A DNA stretch of 64,000 nucleotides, from assembly GCA_950097015.1 (NCBI GenBank), contig CATNEN010000038.1:2170001-2234000 (forward strand), in the 5' to 3' direction. The stretch comes from Macrostomum hystrix. Its lineage: Eukaryota; Animalia; Platyhelminthes. Positions 37,599 through 48,606 of the stretch are shown here, one piece after another (positions within the stretch are counted from its first letter, which is position 1; every line of letters starts with the position of its first letter). Below the pieces are notes generated by a model. That model was not told where the DNA came from. It worked only from the letters and a program-made list of their open reading frames with translations, and did not search any database. The translations under genes were made by a program, and so were the position numbers.

Positions 37599-39384
37599 CT
37601 AAGTAGGAACAGTCACGTTGGTCTTGTAGAAATTTACTTTGTTGCCAAATTGTTGCGTCATGTTGAACAATGGCCCCCTGTGGCGAGCTGCAGCGAACTC
37701 ATAGCCCAGGTGCAGAAGCTGGTGCGCCGCCACTGTACTGTTGTTCGTGTCGTCCAGGCGCCCCTGCTTGGCTTCCAGCATGCGGCAGCCCCGATCCAGC
37801 CAGCTCATGTGTGAGTCCTGCTCAATTTTTTCTGTGGGCCAGGTAGCGACTGGGGCTTTTCTGCTGTCTGTCTGTGTACAGTCCCTAATCATATTGTGTG
37901 GTCGCTTTCTAGAACTACCTCACCACCTAAGTAAGATTTCACACAAACTCACTCACTTGCGTTGCGGCATCGAGCCTTCCAGTCCTTATCCGGATCCATC
38001 AGCGGCGAGCCGAAGCTCGGAGGCAGCAGCGTCACCGGCCATCTCCTGGCAGCCGAGCTCTCCTGATGCCATTTAAACACGCTTGTGAGAACTTTCGGTC
38101 CCGTTGAGTAGAACGCATTGCCTGGAAGCTTCCTGGTGAGCACTCGGTTCGACAACACTTGGAAGAATAAGTGTCCCGGTACCGATCCCATCAAGGAGTT
38201 CATTGCCATGAACTCTTGACTCCAGAGAATGCGGGTCTGCTCCACCCGCTCCTGGTCCAGGAAGGCCGCATGCCTGGTGAGCGTCGGGTGGAACGGCTGA
38301 AGGCATTTCACGGCCATGTCCAGGTAGATACCTGCGGGTGTTTCACATATAGTCTCAAAGTCACATGATGTTCTGAGGTATCCGTTTCAAGTTTTGGCTA
38401 TCTAGAGGATCCCTCTATTCACGACGGGTATTTCATTTTATTTATCTCTTACCTCCGAACCTGTGCAGAATGACGTATCGAATGGCGTCCGAGCGTTGAA
38501 GATTATCGCTGAAGCCTTTGTAGGTACCGAGGTACTGGGGATAATGCTCCGACAGCAGGGCCTCGGCATCCGAGTCCCGCCACAGGTAGTAGGTCCAGTC
38601 GGGGTTCAGCGTCAGGCAGCTGTTGATGAACGGCTTGTAGTTCTCGTAGACCATCTCGGAGGCGAAGGTCTGGTGCAGGATGTGCGGAATGCTGAAATTC
38701 CTGGAGCTACTGCAAAGTTGTCCTGAGTCAGAAGTTGGGCGCCGCTGCTCAGTGAGCCGGACTTTGTTAACCATGCAGAAGGCAAAAACCGTAATGACCT
38801 ACAACATTTTTAATAGTTCAAGCTCTTTATATTTGAACTTACGGCCGATGGCTTGTGAAGCGACAGAGAACCTCTGCAGTTGTCAATAATTTCACACGCG
38901 GCAATCGCCTTTATTCGTAGCAATGACCTTTCTTCGTGCCAATGGCCTTCATGCAACGGACTTTATTCATGGCACTGAGTCAATTTTACTAATTTCGCTG
39001 ACTCCTGAGCACACAAGCACACACTCACATAGGTGCGTACATCTGCCCTGACTTTCTCATCGCTAGGCAATGTACACTCTCACTGTGCCTTGGAGTTTGG
39101 TCCTCAAGGGCATAAATTTCACGACTAGCGAACTTTCTCTCCGCGGCTGAGCCTCGCTGTGGAATCGAGCTCAGGGACGTTGTTGCGAGAGGCGTTAACG
39201 GTTCTGCCACTCACCCCCCAAGAGATTTGATCTCTGTCAATCTTATATCTATTTTCGAATCTTTGAATTTTTTCTGCCAGTAAATCGTTCACATTCGAAT
39301 TGTTTAACAGTTCAGTGTAAAACTCACCAGCAACACGGTCGCTACCAGCGAGACAAACAGCAGTGGAAGCCGTATCGCTGGCAT
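37599..39384 (-). CDS. Type II membrane glycosyltransferase, GT32/Gly_transf_sug (OCH1/SUR1-like) family
   Basis: Exons (minus): 39384-39328 (MPAIRLPLLFVSLVATVLL), 38798-38453 (VITVFAFCM...IPHILHQT...NPDWTYYLWRD...RSDAIRYVILHRFG), 38331-~37957 (GIYLDMAVKCL...NSLMGSVPGHLFF...YSTGPKVLT), last exon ~37885-37599 (boundary ambiguous; HQLLHLGY). Motifs are typical of GT32, with an N-terminal signal anchor. Confidence 0.85.
39060..39218 (-). mobile_element. SINE family B copy in GT32 intron 1
   Basis: TACACTCTCACTGTGCCTTGGAGTTTGGTCCTCA...CACGAC...GGAATCGAGC...GAGAGGC, homologous to 20930-21090. Confidence 0.55.
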
Positions 39385-40567
39385 TCTATAGAGCTGCAAT
39401 TCTCATTAAGTTTCATAAAATTGGTTAATCGCTTTAGAGGTATGTCTTGGCCTATATCGTGGCAAGGACTATAATTTTTTTAGCATGCGGAAGTGGGAAC
39501 AGACCATTTCAACTAAGTCAAACAGTTGTCTCTTATTGCTGAGTCAACTCCTCTCAATTATAAATCAGTTAAGAGCATATGCGTGAAAATGCGGCGGGTC
39601 GTAAAACCCAAGCCTGCCTACTGCAGCAGTGCAAACAGAAGCACTGCTTGTGCCGCTTCTCTGTATACTAGGCATGTGTGCATTGCTCTAATTATTATTT
39701 CCCCCTGTCTCAGCACAGGTAGCGAAAATAACTAGCCAGGTTTTGTTGTAAATGACGATGCAACTCTCTGAATCACTTTGGCACATGATAATCGTGAAAA
39801 ACTCTGACTTGTACAACACTTGTACAAGGCAACAAACTGAGCTCGTGCGGTTTCAGTGGATAGCCAACTAGCATTTTAACGAATGTAGTTTTTATGCAAG
39901 ACAAGGGCTTCTGGCTTTGCCTTCTACCATGGGTTGTAAACTCCTCATAAATGATAAATTTCTAGCTGTGTGCCTGATTTATTTAGCGTTGCGTTTTTGT
40001 ATATGGCTATAATCGTACATTGTGCTCACCAGTGTTTTACCCGCTCCTGTTGTACCAGGTTGCTAAATATACACTTTGTGCCTCGTTCAGCCGCACGTTA
40101 ACCTACTCTTGGCCATAGACATTTGACTATAGATCCCGATAGTACTTAAGGTATATTAAATGTTTGTTTCTTAAGACTCAATCCGATGCAATACATAAAT
40201 CTAGATTAGTTTATTTGTTATTTCAAGGTTATATTCGAAGGCTATTTATAGAAAAATTAATTCTTATTATGGCAAGGAAAGCGTTTTTTAATTGAAAGCC
40301 CATTTTTTAATACGCTTCATTTTATGTGAGACTATAAAAAGCAAGAAAATTGCGATCATATTGAAAAAGAAAATTTATTTCTATAAGCTTAAAATTAACT
40401 ATTGAAAAAATACACGTATTCATGAATAACACATGAACTGCTGATTTAGGTACAAACAGCAGCTACAAAAATCAATACGGTTGATTTACTACTGTGTACA
40501 TCCGATCAAGATTAGTGCTTTATCCGCATTTTTCAAAAAATTCTTCACCACGGACTGGAGATTGTGA

Positions 40568-43500
40568 TTAGATCTGATCGAAATCAAGCGGCGGCACCCG
40601 TTCAGCCGGAGCCAACATCAGCAGGTCCTTCGAGATGCTGACGCCTCTGTCGCCGCTGCCAATGTTCGGCTTGCCTAGGAGGTCCACGTAGCAGGTTTTA
40701 CTAGCTGTACAGGGCGCGCTTAGCAACTCCAGCACGGCCACTGTGTTGATGCCCTCGCGTAGTACCGACCGGGGCACGTACAGTGTCACCTGAGGCCCGG
40801 CGCAGGGCCAGTAGCGACCCAAATTGAAGCCGTTTATCCACAACTGGCCCTTGCAGAATGTGGACATGTTTGCGAAGGTGTCAGTCAGGCTGGCTGGGCT
40901 CAGGCTGAATGTGCCCATCAGTAGACTGCCCTGAGATGGCTGCCCCGCCTCGCTGGCTTGCAGAGCTTCTGCCCGCGCGAGCAAGCTGGTGGGGGTTAGT
41001 TTTCAACTGTTGTAAATAAAACTATCATCTGGGAATTAGTGGCAGTAGAGTCTCATTAGTGGCAATAGTCCTTGAGCTCGATACCGCGACGAAACCGCAT
41101 TTATTTGGGGCGCAGTCGCGGACAAGGCTTGGGGGCGGGTAAGATATCCGACCCTAAACTAATGTTTCATGTTATACGCGACTGACTACTGCTTAGTACA
41201 TTAAGGTAGTTAATCCCAAGCAATAGTTGACGATCAGACAACTCACCGCCTAGAAAATGGGGACTTGGCGGCCCATCGATCGAAGTCCAAGGAGTAGCTG
41301 AACCAGCCGTACAATGGCGACCCATTCAGCGACACATTGCCAAGGATTCCCTGGACAAACAGACAAGCAGCAAGTCCAGTTTGTTAACCGTAAAATAAAC
41401 AGAATAACTTTTGCGTATTCGCGTTAGACCGCTAGCAGATTTCAAGCCAGATAGTTTACCTTCTAAACTGCTTCAAGCCTTATCTATTTGTTTCTATAAG
41501 TTGCCTCTTTCTGGCACTTTCATGGCACTGAAAAGGCGTTTATTGGTATGCCCCTGGAATCTAACCTGACTAGTTATATCACAAACCAGCTGACCTTAAC
41601 ATTGCCCTGAAGGTCTCCGCCGTAATTGACGTGACCGCAGTTTTCCACTAGCAGCCAAAGGTTGCGCACGCTCGCCGGGTCGCTGGCTGAGAAGTTTAGA
41701 ACCGCCTCCGAGTCCGAGTAGCTGACGGAGCCGAGAAACTGGCCCAGCCACGGCTGCGAGTCGCTGGAGCCGAATGCGTAGACGTAGTCACGAAACTTAT
41801 CCAGTTTGAGCGAGTACTCACCGCTGATAGAGGCGTTTGGCAGTTCTGTGCTGTACAGGGCAAAGCCATGGTACTGCCCAAGCGTCTCCATGGCAACAGG
41901 TAGTTTTCCAGCAGTGTGGGCAACAATGAAGGAATCCAAGTTGCCGAGCAGGCTGGCCAGTCGGTACATCTGAACGCGGCCCAGCGATGAGGCCGTAGCG
42001 TTTGGCGGAATGGTCGGCGGCTGACGGCCAGTGGCGTTTGTAATCACCTGCCTGATGAGCTGGTATTTGTACCTTCAAATTCAAAAAGGGAGTGAGGGTC
42101 GAGCAGTTCATAGTTACAGCTAGATTGACGCATGTATTAATGTACGTGTATCTCCGAAATGCCAATCCCAACAATTCAACGAACCGAGTATCGCCGTTCT
42201 CAGCCATCGGAGCATCGTAATCATACGAGGTCGGCTGAGGCGCCAACGGCGGCGAATTGGCGCCATTCCAGTAGCCGAAGTTCGTGCCGCCGAAGAACAT
42301 GTAGATGTTGACATTGACGCCGTATGCCAGCATGCGAGCGAGGCCCTTGGCAACAGACTGGGCATCCACCTGGGCATGCTGACCGGACCAGTTGTCAAGC
42401 CAGCCGGCGTAGTACTCGGAGTTCACCAGCGGGCCCTTCGGCTGAATCGCTCGCAGCGGCGCGAATGTGGCGTTCAGCGAGTCAGCTAAAAGTTGGTTTT
42501 GTAGAAGCGGATTGTTCAAATCGATCCAGTGAGGTCAAAAAAATAATTTCGATTCTCGAAATCCAGCTTCACAGCTCAATGTAATTTATGGCTCATAGTG
42601 AGAGAATCAAAGTGCGCCGGCAATCAACTCACTTCCTTCCGGGCCAAAGTCGACAGTAGCGAAAAAAAGCTTCTCCTGGGCGGCGCACTTTAAAAAGTAC
42701 TCAGCCTGACCGTCTGTGCTAAATAGCACGGTTTGGTTGCCAAGGTAGCGCCTACCTAGCTGGTACAGGTGTCTAATGTAGGGAAGATCGCATTGTCCTG
42801 TACTGCCGTACTCATTCTCCAGCTGCACCATGATCACATTGCCACCATTGGAGTACAGGCGATTGGCGATTTTCGGCAGCAGAACAGCCATCCATTGGTC
42901 CACTGCAGCCAGGAATTGAGGATCGCTGCTGCGCATCACCATGGAGGCGTTGCGACGCAGCAACCATGCTGGCAGGCCGCCGAAGTCCCACTCGGCGCAG
43001 ATGTAAGGACCAGCCCGCACAATGACTAGTAGCTCGTGCTTCTGGGCCAGAGATAAGAATGTGTCCAGGTCTGCCGGACCAGAGAAGCGGTACTGACCCG
43101 GCTGAGGCTCGTGAAAGTTCCAGGGAACATAAATCTGAATGGCATTTAGGCCAGCGGCGCGCATTTTCGCCAGTCGATCGTCCCAGTCGGAGGGAAGGAG
43201 ACGAAAGTAGTGAATACTTCCGGAGATGTATTGGAATGGCTGACCATCTTTGAGGAACGTGTCGTTGTCGTAGTCAATGCTAAAGCTCTTAGCAAAACTT
43301 GGCTCACGATTCACAGCCAAGCTGGTTAACACCAAGCAAGATGAGATCAAAGAAACTGAAAAAGAAAGTTTAACACAATCAGTTTTGTCTAATAGCCTCT
43401 TGGGCTATTTGAGTATTGAGTATAATAATTAAGGAAAATTTTCACAAAAAGCTGCGAAAGAAAAATATATTCATTCATTTCTCGGCAATAGCGGAGCCAG

Positions 43501-43916
43501 CTTTTTCCTTCGGAGGGGCCGGGAAATTATTTGGGTAGGGTGCACCAAAAACAAAACAGTAAATGGAGTGCTTCTGCGCTAACATCAAATGCAGCAAATC
43601 CAAAAAAACTATGAATTTCAGAGCCTTAGATTTGTAGCCTAAGTATACATATGCGGTCTGTGAGCGTTGCCGAGCGAGGAGGGCCAGGTCGCATTAAGGG
43701 GCGCTGTGTATAGAGACGCCGTGGCCTGTGGGACTGTGGAATGTAGAGTGGGTAATTGAGAGTTCGGGGCGCCGTGAGGTAGCGCCAATTGGGAGGATGT
43801 ACGTGCATTTGAGTGTACGCAAAATTTCGCGGGCCCCTTAGATTCCCCATGGATCCGCCCCCTGTCGCTCGACATTTACCTGGTGCAACTGCATCTATCT
43901 TCTGTACTCTCTGCAT
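40568..43916 (-). CDS. GLB1: Beta-galactosidase, glycoside hydrolase family 35 (GLB1-like, lysosomal type)
   Basis: Exons (minus): 43916-43880, 43355-42633 ([54 protein letters not shown]), 42485-42185 ([26 protein letters not shown]), 42072-41595 ([12 protein letters not shown]), 41350-41247, 40985-40568 ([25 protein letters not shown]). Both catalytic Glu motifs are present and phases are consistent. Confidence 0.95.
43486..43864. mobile_element. Possible degenerate non-autonomous DNA transposon in GLB1 intron 1
   Basis: GC-rich island with left CAATAGCGGAGCC and right GGATCCGCCCCTG (imperfect TIR-like). Confidence 0.3.
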
Positions 43917-45879
43917 GCTTACGAGTTTTAAGAAATTTATTCTTTAGTAGTTGTTGTAATTGCAATGTCTAGTACTCATATAATTTCAAACATAGCATAC
44001 TAAATACAGAATTCGCAATTTTATGTCTATGATTTTTTTACTATTATATGAATTTATAGCGCTTCTAGAATCATATTTTTAGAGAAGTCAATTGAAATCA
44101 AAATGGCAATATCACATTCAATGGCAAAAAATTTACTTACATTTCAACCACTGCATCAATAAAGACTTTGGTTTTATTGGCAATATCGCGTAAGTCAAAA
44201 AAAATAATTTTACCGCCTTGAAATAAAAAGTATAGTTAGTTTTTACCGATTTCTTACAAGCCGATCATTTTGAAAAATGTTGCATTTTTAAAGTATGCAA
44301 AAGTACTTGAACATAAAGTTTTCAATTACTAAAACAAAGTCATATGTTCTACTTGAAAGCTTTATTATATTTTTAGGTAAATGGCAATTATAAAAAAACT
44401 AAGTGTAAATGATTAATCGATTCTTTAAGAAATTAAAAACATTTTTAGGCGAATATCAACGAAGGAAACTGCCCGTTGTTTATTTGATTGTAGGCCCTAC
44501 CCATCATTTGGCATAACAAGTCTACTGACATTTTTTGTGCGGACAGTCGTGCCGACGGTCAAAGTTGCAAGACCAAGGGCAAGATGCTTCCATGTCTAAT
44601 AAGGGCTCAAATGTATTTTTGTTTGTTTAATTAATTATTTGACTACAAATTTGTGCCAAAAGTGTACTTTTTTGTCTTAAAGCTATCCTAATAATCTAAT
44701 AATTTGATATATGGTTTTGAAATGAATTTAGGAACCACTAAAGCCTTTATTAGAAAAGACAATGATCTAGAGAACAATTTAAACAGAGCTTAAGACTAAA
44801 CAAAGTAGGCCTATAGTTGTGGTGCAAATTTAAAATTAAATTTAAACTAAGAAAAATGCATTAGTGTCCTTATTAGGCCCTAGCTACTAAACAAATGGCC
44901 GACCTAGAAGATCTTAAACATGTAGTAGGCCAATTGCAAACAAACCTCACCTTTACAACTAGACTTACAACTAGCTAGGCCTAAATGAAAAAATCTTAAA
45001 AACAATGACATTTTGTAGGCAAATTATTTTGTATGGTGTCACTCAGCAGAGACAATTCTTTTGAATAAATAAAAATTTCAGAAAAAGTTCTAGCTCCAGC
45101 CTCCATGGGCATTTCAGAGCAATTAGTAATTTATTTATAGTATGGTAATTATAGGCACAGTCCAATCTTGTGTGGCCTTTTTGTTGCCTGGCCATTTCAC
45201 CCTGTTATTTTGCTATTTTGATTTGTAGGTCTACTAGGGTAGGACCACTATAGGCAAGCTATAACTTGCTTGCCTAGTTAGGCCTAGCTTGGACAAGTTT
45301 TAATGTATCAATGACAATCTATTGCAATGCTTTAACAATGACATATTGCTTGAATTAATAAAATGATCCTATGTATCTGCCATAATTTTCATTGCAATGC
45401 TAAAGAATAGTGCATGACTTGTAATAGGCCTACTTGATTCTAAGGTGCCTGTCCACAGGTTTTTCAACATTTACTCAATATGGAGTCTGGCTAGCTGTTT
45501 GTAGCTAAAGAAAAGTAAGCTAGGTCTAGCTTGGCTTGGGACTTAGCTTTGTTATTTAGAAATCTTAGATAAATATCAGTATGTCTACAATTGGCATAAT
45601 GTAAAAAGGATAAGGCTTTGTCTACAAAATATTCAGAGATATTGTCACTAATTTTATTTAAATGGCATATTGCTGAAAACATTCACCTATTTATATATAC
45701 ACTTATCTAGTTGTCTCATTAGGCCTATCTTAGACTTAGCTTTGGTAGTCTTAATAATGATGGCCTTTGTCCTTAACTATACTAGACTACAAGTTAAGGA
45801 ACAAACTAGAGTCTATCTATTGAAATTTATGCAAGAAGCTTTAAAGTAACTTATTTAATTAAAAAGATATATTATTTAC

Positions 45880-46200
45880 GGCAGTGCTTATCCCCACGGT
45901 ACTGTAGAAATAATTTTTGTCTTATTCCTACGGTACCGTGGGAATAATTTCCTGCTTATCCGCATGGCACACTGATGAGATAGCTGTCCTATCTTCAACA
46001 TATTCCGTGGGAATAATTTCCTGCTTATCCGCATGGCACACTGACGAGTTAGCTGTCCTATCATCTATCTTTTTATCATGACTGCAAATTTTCCTTTTTT
46101 CTTCCAGTTTTTAAAAGCAAGTAAACAAATTAAAGTTTTCTGCTTTTTTCAAAAGTAGTTACCCAATATGGTGGCTTTTTTAAGTATATAAAATATATAC

Positions 46201-46234
<34 letters not shown>

Positions 46235-46411
46235 ATATATATCTCGTCAGTGTGCTGTGTGGATAAGCAGGAACTTATTCCCATGGAATATGTTGAAGAT
46301 AGGACAGCTATCTCATCAGTGTGCCCTGCGGATAAGCAGGAAATTATTCCCACGGTACCGTAGGAATAAGACAAAAATTATTTCTACGGTACCGTGGGGA
46401 TAAGCACTGCC
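45880..46411. mobile_element. Mutator-like MITE (169-bp TIRs, 9-bp TSD)
   Basis: 45880-46048 is a near-perfect reverse complement of 46243-46411 (GGCAGTGCTTATCCCCACGGTAC...). It is flanked by the direct repeat ATTATTTAC at 45871-45879 and 46412-46420; there is no coding capacity and the centre is AT-rich/(TA)n. Confidence 0.9.
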
Positions 46412-46931
46412 ATTATTTACATAATATTTTTACTTTGCTGTAGGCCCTATAATTATTAAATCAATTATATTTTTGAACATTTTTATGAATATTATAAAAT
46501 AGGCCTATGTTTAAAAATTTGAGACCTTTTTGTGTCTAAAGACATCTATTTGAGGCATCTTTTTTTATGTCCCAACTATCATTGAAATAGACTACAATTT
46601 AATGTTTGACCCTAGTTTCTTTAAGAATTTTAATGCAGTATTTGAATGTATATATTATTGTAGTAACTATATGTAATTTATTACTTTATTTACCATTATT
46701 GGTACTGGTACCTTATTGCTGATTGCAGGTCTGACTGTCATACATTGGTATATCAGAGCCCACAGAATTGTTTCTAAGTTAGTTTTTTACTATTTTAGCA
46801 TGTTTGCTTCTAAATTTCATTGAAAACTTTTCTTTCTACTAATAGCTTTATATATCTAGACTTGCTGTTTGAGTATTATTCATTACAATTGCTACAAAGA
46901 GAACTGTAAACCTTTTCATGCTGCGAAGGTA

Positions 46932-48309
46932 ATGGCGCTGCGATTGTTGCGTACCTCCTGGCTTCTGGCAAGCAGATGTGCCGCCCCTGTCACAAACTCT
47001 CAAAGCCTGCGGTCTGTGGCATCAAGCCGGCGATTGTGCACTGCAGGCCCGTCTGGCGAGAGCCAAGCGCCGCCAAATAATTATCCAGATGGTGCCGACA
47101 CTCTGCGCTGGTTGTTGGAAACTCGACAGGTGATCAATTGCCAGATTAGCTTGCATTCAATTTGTCAATTATCATTGCATTTGTGGCTATTTATCCCACC
47201 ACTGCCACCATGTGACATGTGACATGTGAAAGACTTAGAGCCAAAGGCTCCAAACTGAGCGCAATTAAGCAAAACGCACAATGCGCCTCAGCGCACAACC
47301 CATCGATTTATAAAATCGACTTAACTAAGGGTGGTACAAAGAAAAGTACACCTCATATTGTACCTGCAGGACAGCCTTCTGGATCGGTATCTATTTGAGG
47401 ACTGTCCCTATTCGTTGCGCAAGACTCGAGTGACGCCATCTGAGGGTGGCGATAGTCTCGAGCGGCCAGTTCTGGTGCCGTCTGATCAGGTGACAGAAGT
47501 TTATGTTTGATAGCCTAATAATCCTGTAGCTTCATGTAAATATCGAATGCAAGGTAACGTTTATGAGGTTTGAATAATTAGACTGTGTTTGAATGTGTTT
47601 GTGGCTAACAAGGCAGCTAATAGCCTAGCGGTTTGAATATTAGACTGTGTTTGAATGTGTTTGTGGCTAACAAGGCAGCTGATAGCCTAGCGGTTTGAAT
47701 ATTAGACTGTGTTTGAATGTGTTTGTGGCTAACAAGGCAGCTGATAGCCTAGCGGTTTAAGACTTAGGTCCTTAGGTTAGGTTATCAAGACACTTGATTC
47801 CCATTCCTATTTGGGTGGGTGTTGTGGCCCACAGTCCATGGACCGAAAGGCTGTACACAGCGCTGTAGCCTGTGCCACTCCGCAGGTAGTTGTAATTTCT
47901 CAACTATATTCCTGTTCGCCAGATTAAAGGGATAAAAAGTATGTGGATTAGGCCCTAATAAAAATATTTCACGTCTTAAATATAGTTTATAGGTTCACTT
48001 AGCTCAAAATGGGTGATATGCTCGTATTACGATAGGTCTAACAAATACATACTAACCGGTTGCAATCCGTTACTCCCCGTTGTCAAGTCCAACAAAGTAA
48101 TCGGCTGCATCTGCGAGCCCGAAGCCACAGCTATCAACTGGTTCCAGCTGAGAAAAAGCGAGGCCACCAAGTGCCACTGCGGCTACTGGTTCAAACTGGT
48201 TGATTATCCGGAATACTTCAATGTGACCGCGGAGGATCCGGTCAGGGCGCGCCTGAGGCGAGTGCTGGCCGAGGGCGAGGGCGGCCGCAGTCGTCGACGC
48301 AGGAAGTAG
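46932..48309 (+). CDS. COX5B: Cytochrome c oxidase subunit 5B-like (mitochondrial precursor)
   Basis: Exons 46932-47129 (Arg/Ser-rich transit peptide [15 protein letters not shown]...), 47370-47489 (…[10 protein letters not shown]), 48088-48309 ([11 protein letters not shown]...NWFQL...[11 protein letters not shown]: four Zn-ligand Cys pattern of COX5B); all phase 0; ~179 aa. Confidence 0.85.
47568..47758. repeat. ~62-bp tandem triplication in COX5B intron 2
   Basis: GGTTTGAATATTAGACTGTGTTTGAATGTGTTTGTGGCTAACAAGGCAGCTGATAGCCTAGC x3. Confidence 0.9.
47780..47885 (+). mobile_element. SINE family A fragment in COX5B intron 2
   Basis: CAAGACACTT...GGGTGGGTGT...CAGTCCATGGACCGAAAGGGCTGTACACAG, degenerate match to the other copies. 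Confidence 0.5.
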
Positions 48310-48460
48310 CTTTGGAATCTGTAATTGTATAGTTTTGCTGATTCAATCTTTTTTGCAATTACAGTAATCTTATGACGTATGAAGTAGTGGAATAACATTT
48401 CGCCCTACAAAGTTCTTCTGTCTACTTTTTGCCCCCACATTGCACTTTTTAAATTACGAA

Positions 48461-48606
48461 AATAAAACTGTAATCTTCAGTTTTTTATTTGAGGGATGAT
48501 TTGTGTTTTCTTTATTGTGGAACAGTTTAAACATTTAGTGACTTAGATCGAGATTTGCAGTTATTTAAGTGCTTCCTTTTATTTATAATTAATCCCCAAT
48601 TTGCAG
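48461..48606 (+). promoter_or_regulatory. COX5B poly(A) signal followed by U-rich spacer and putative trans-splice acceptor of SAS-4
   Basis: AATAAA at 48461, T-rich tract, then TTAAT...TTTGCAG ending at 48606 directly before the SAS-4 open frame. Confidence 0.6.

Noticed and set aside
48013-48087. ORF-track starts for COX5B exon 3, SAS-4 (48601, 50505, 51692) and PDE4 (32431, 32736)
   Set aside because: These use non-ATG or intronic starts; the true boundaries are the splice acceptors given in the features.
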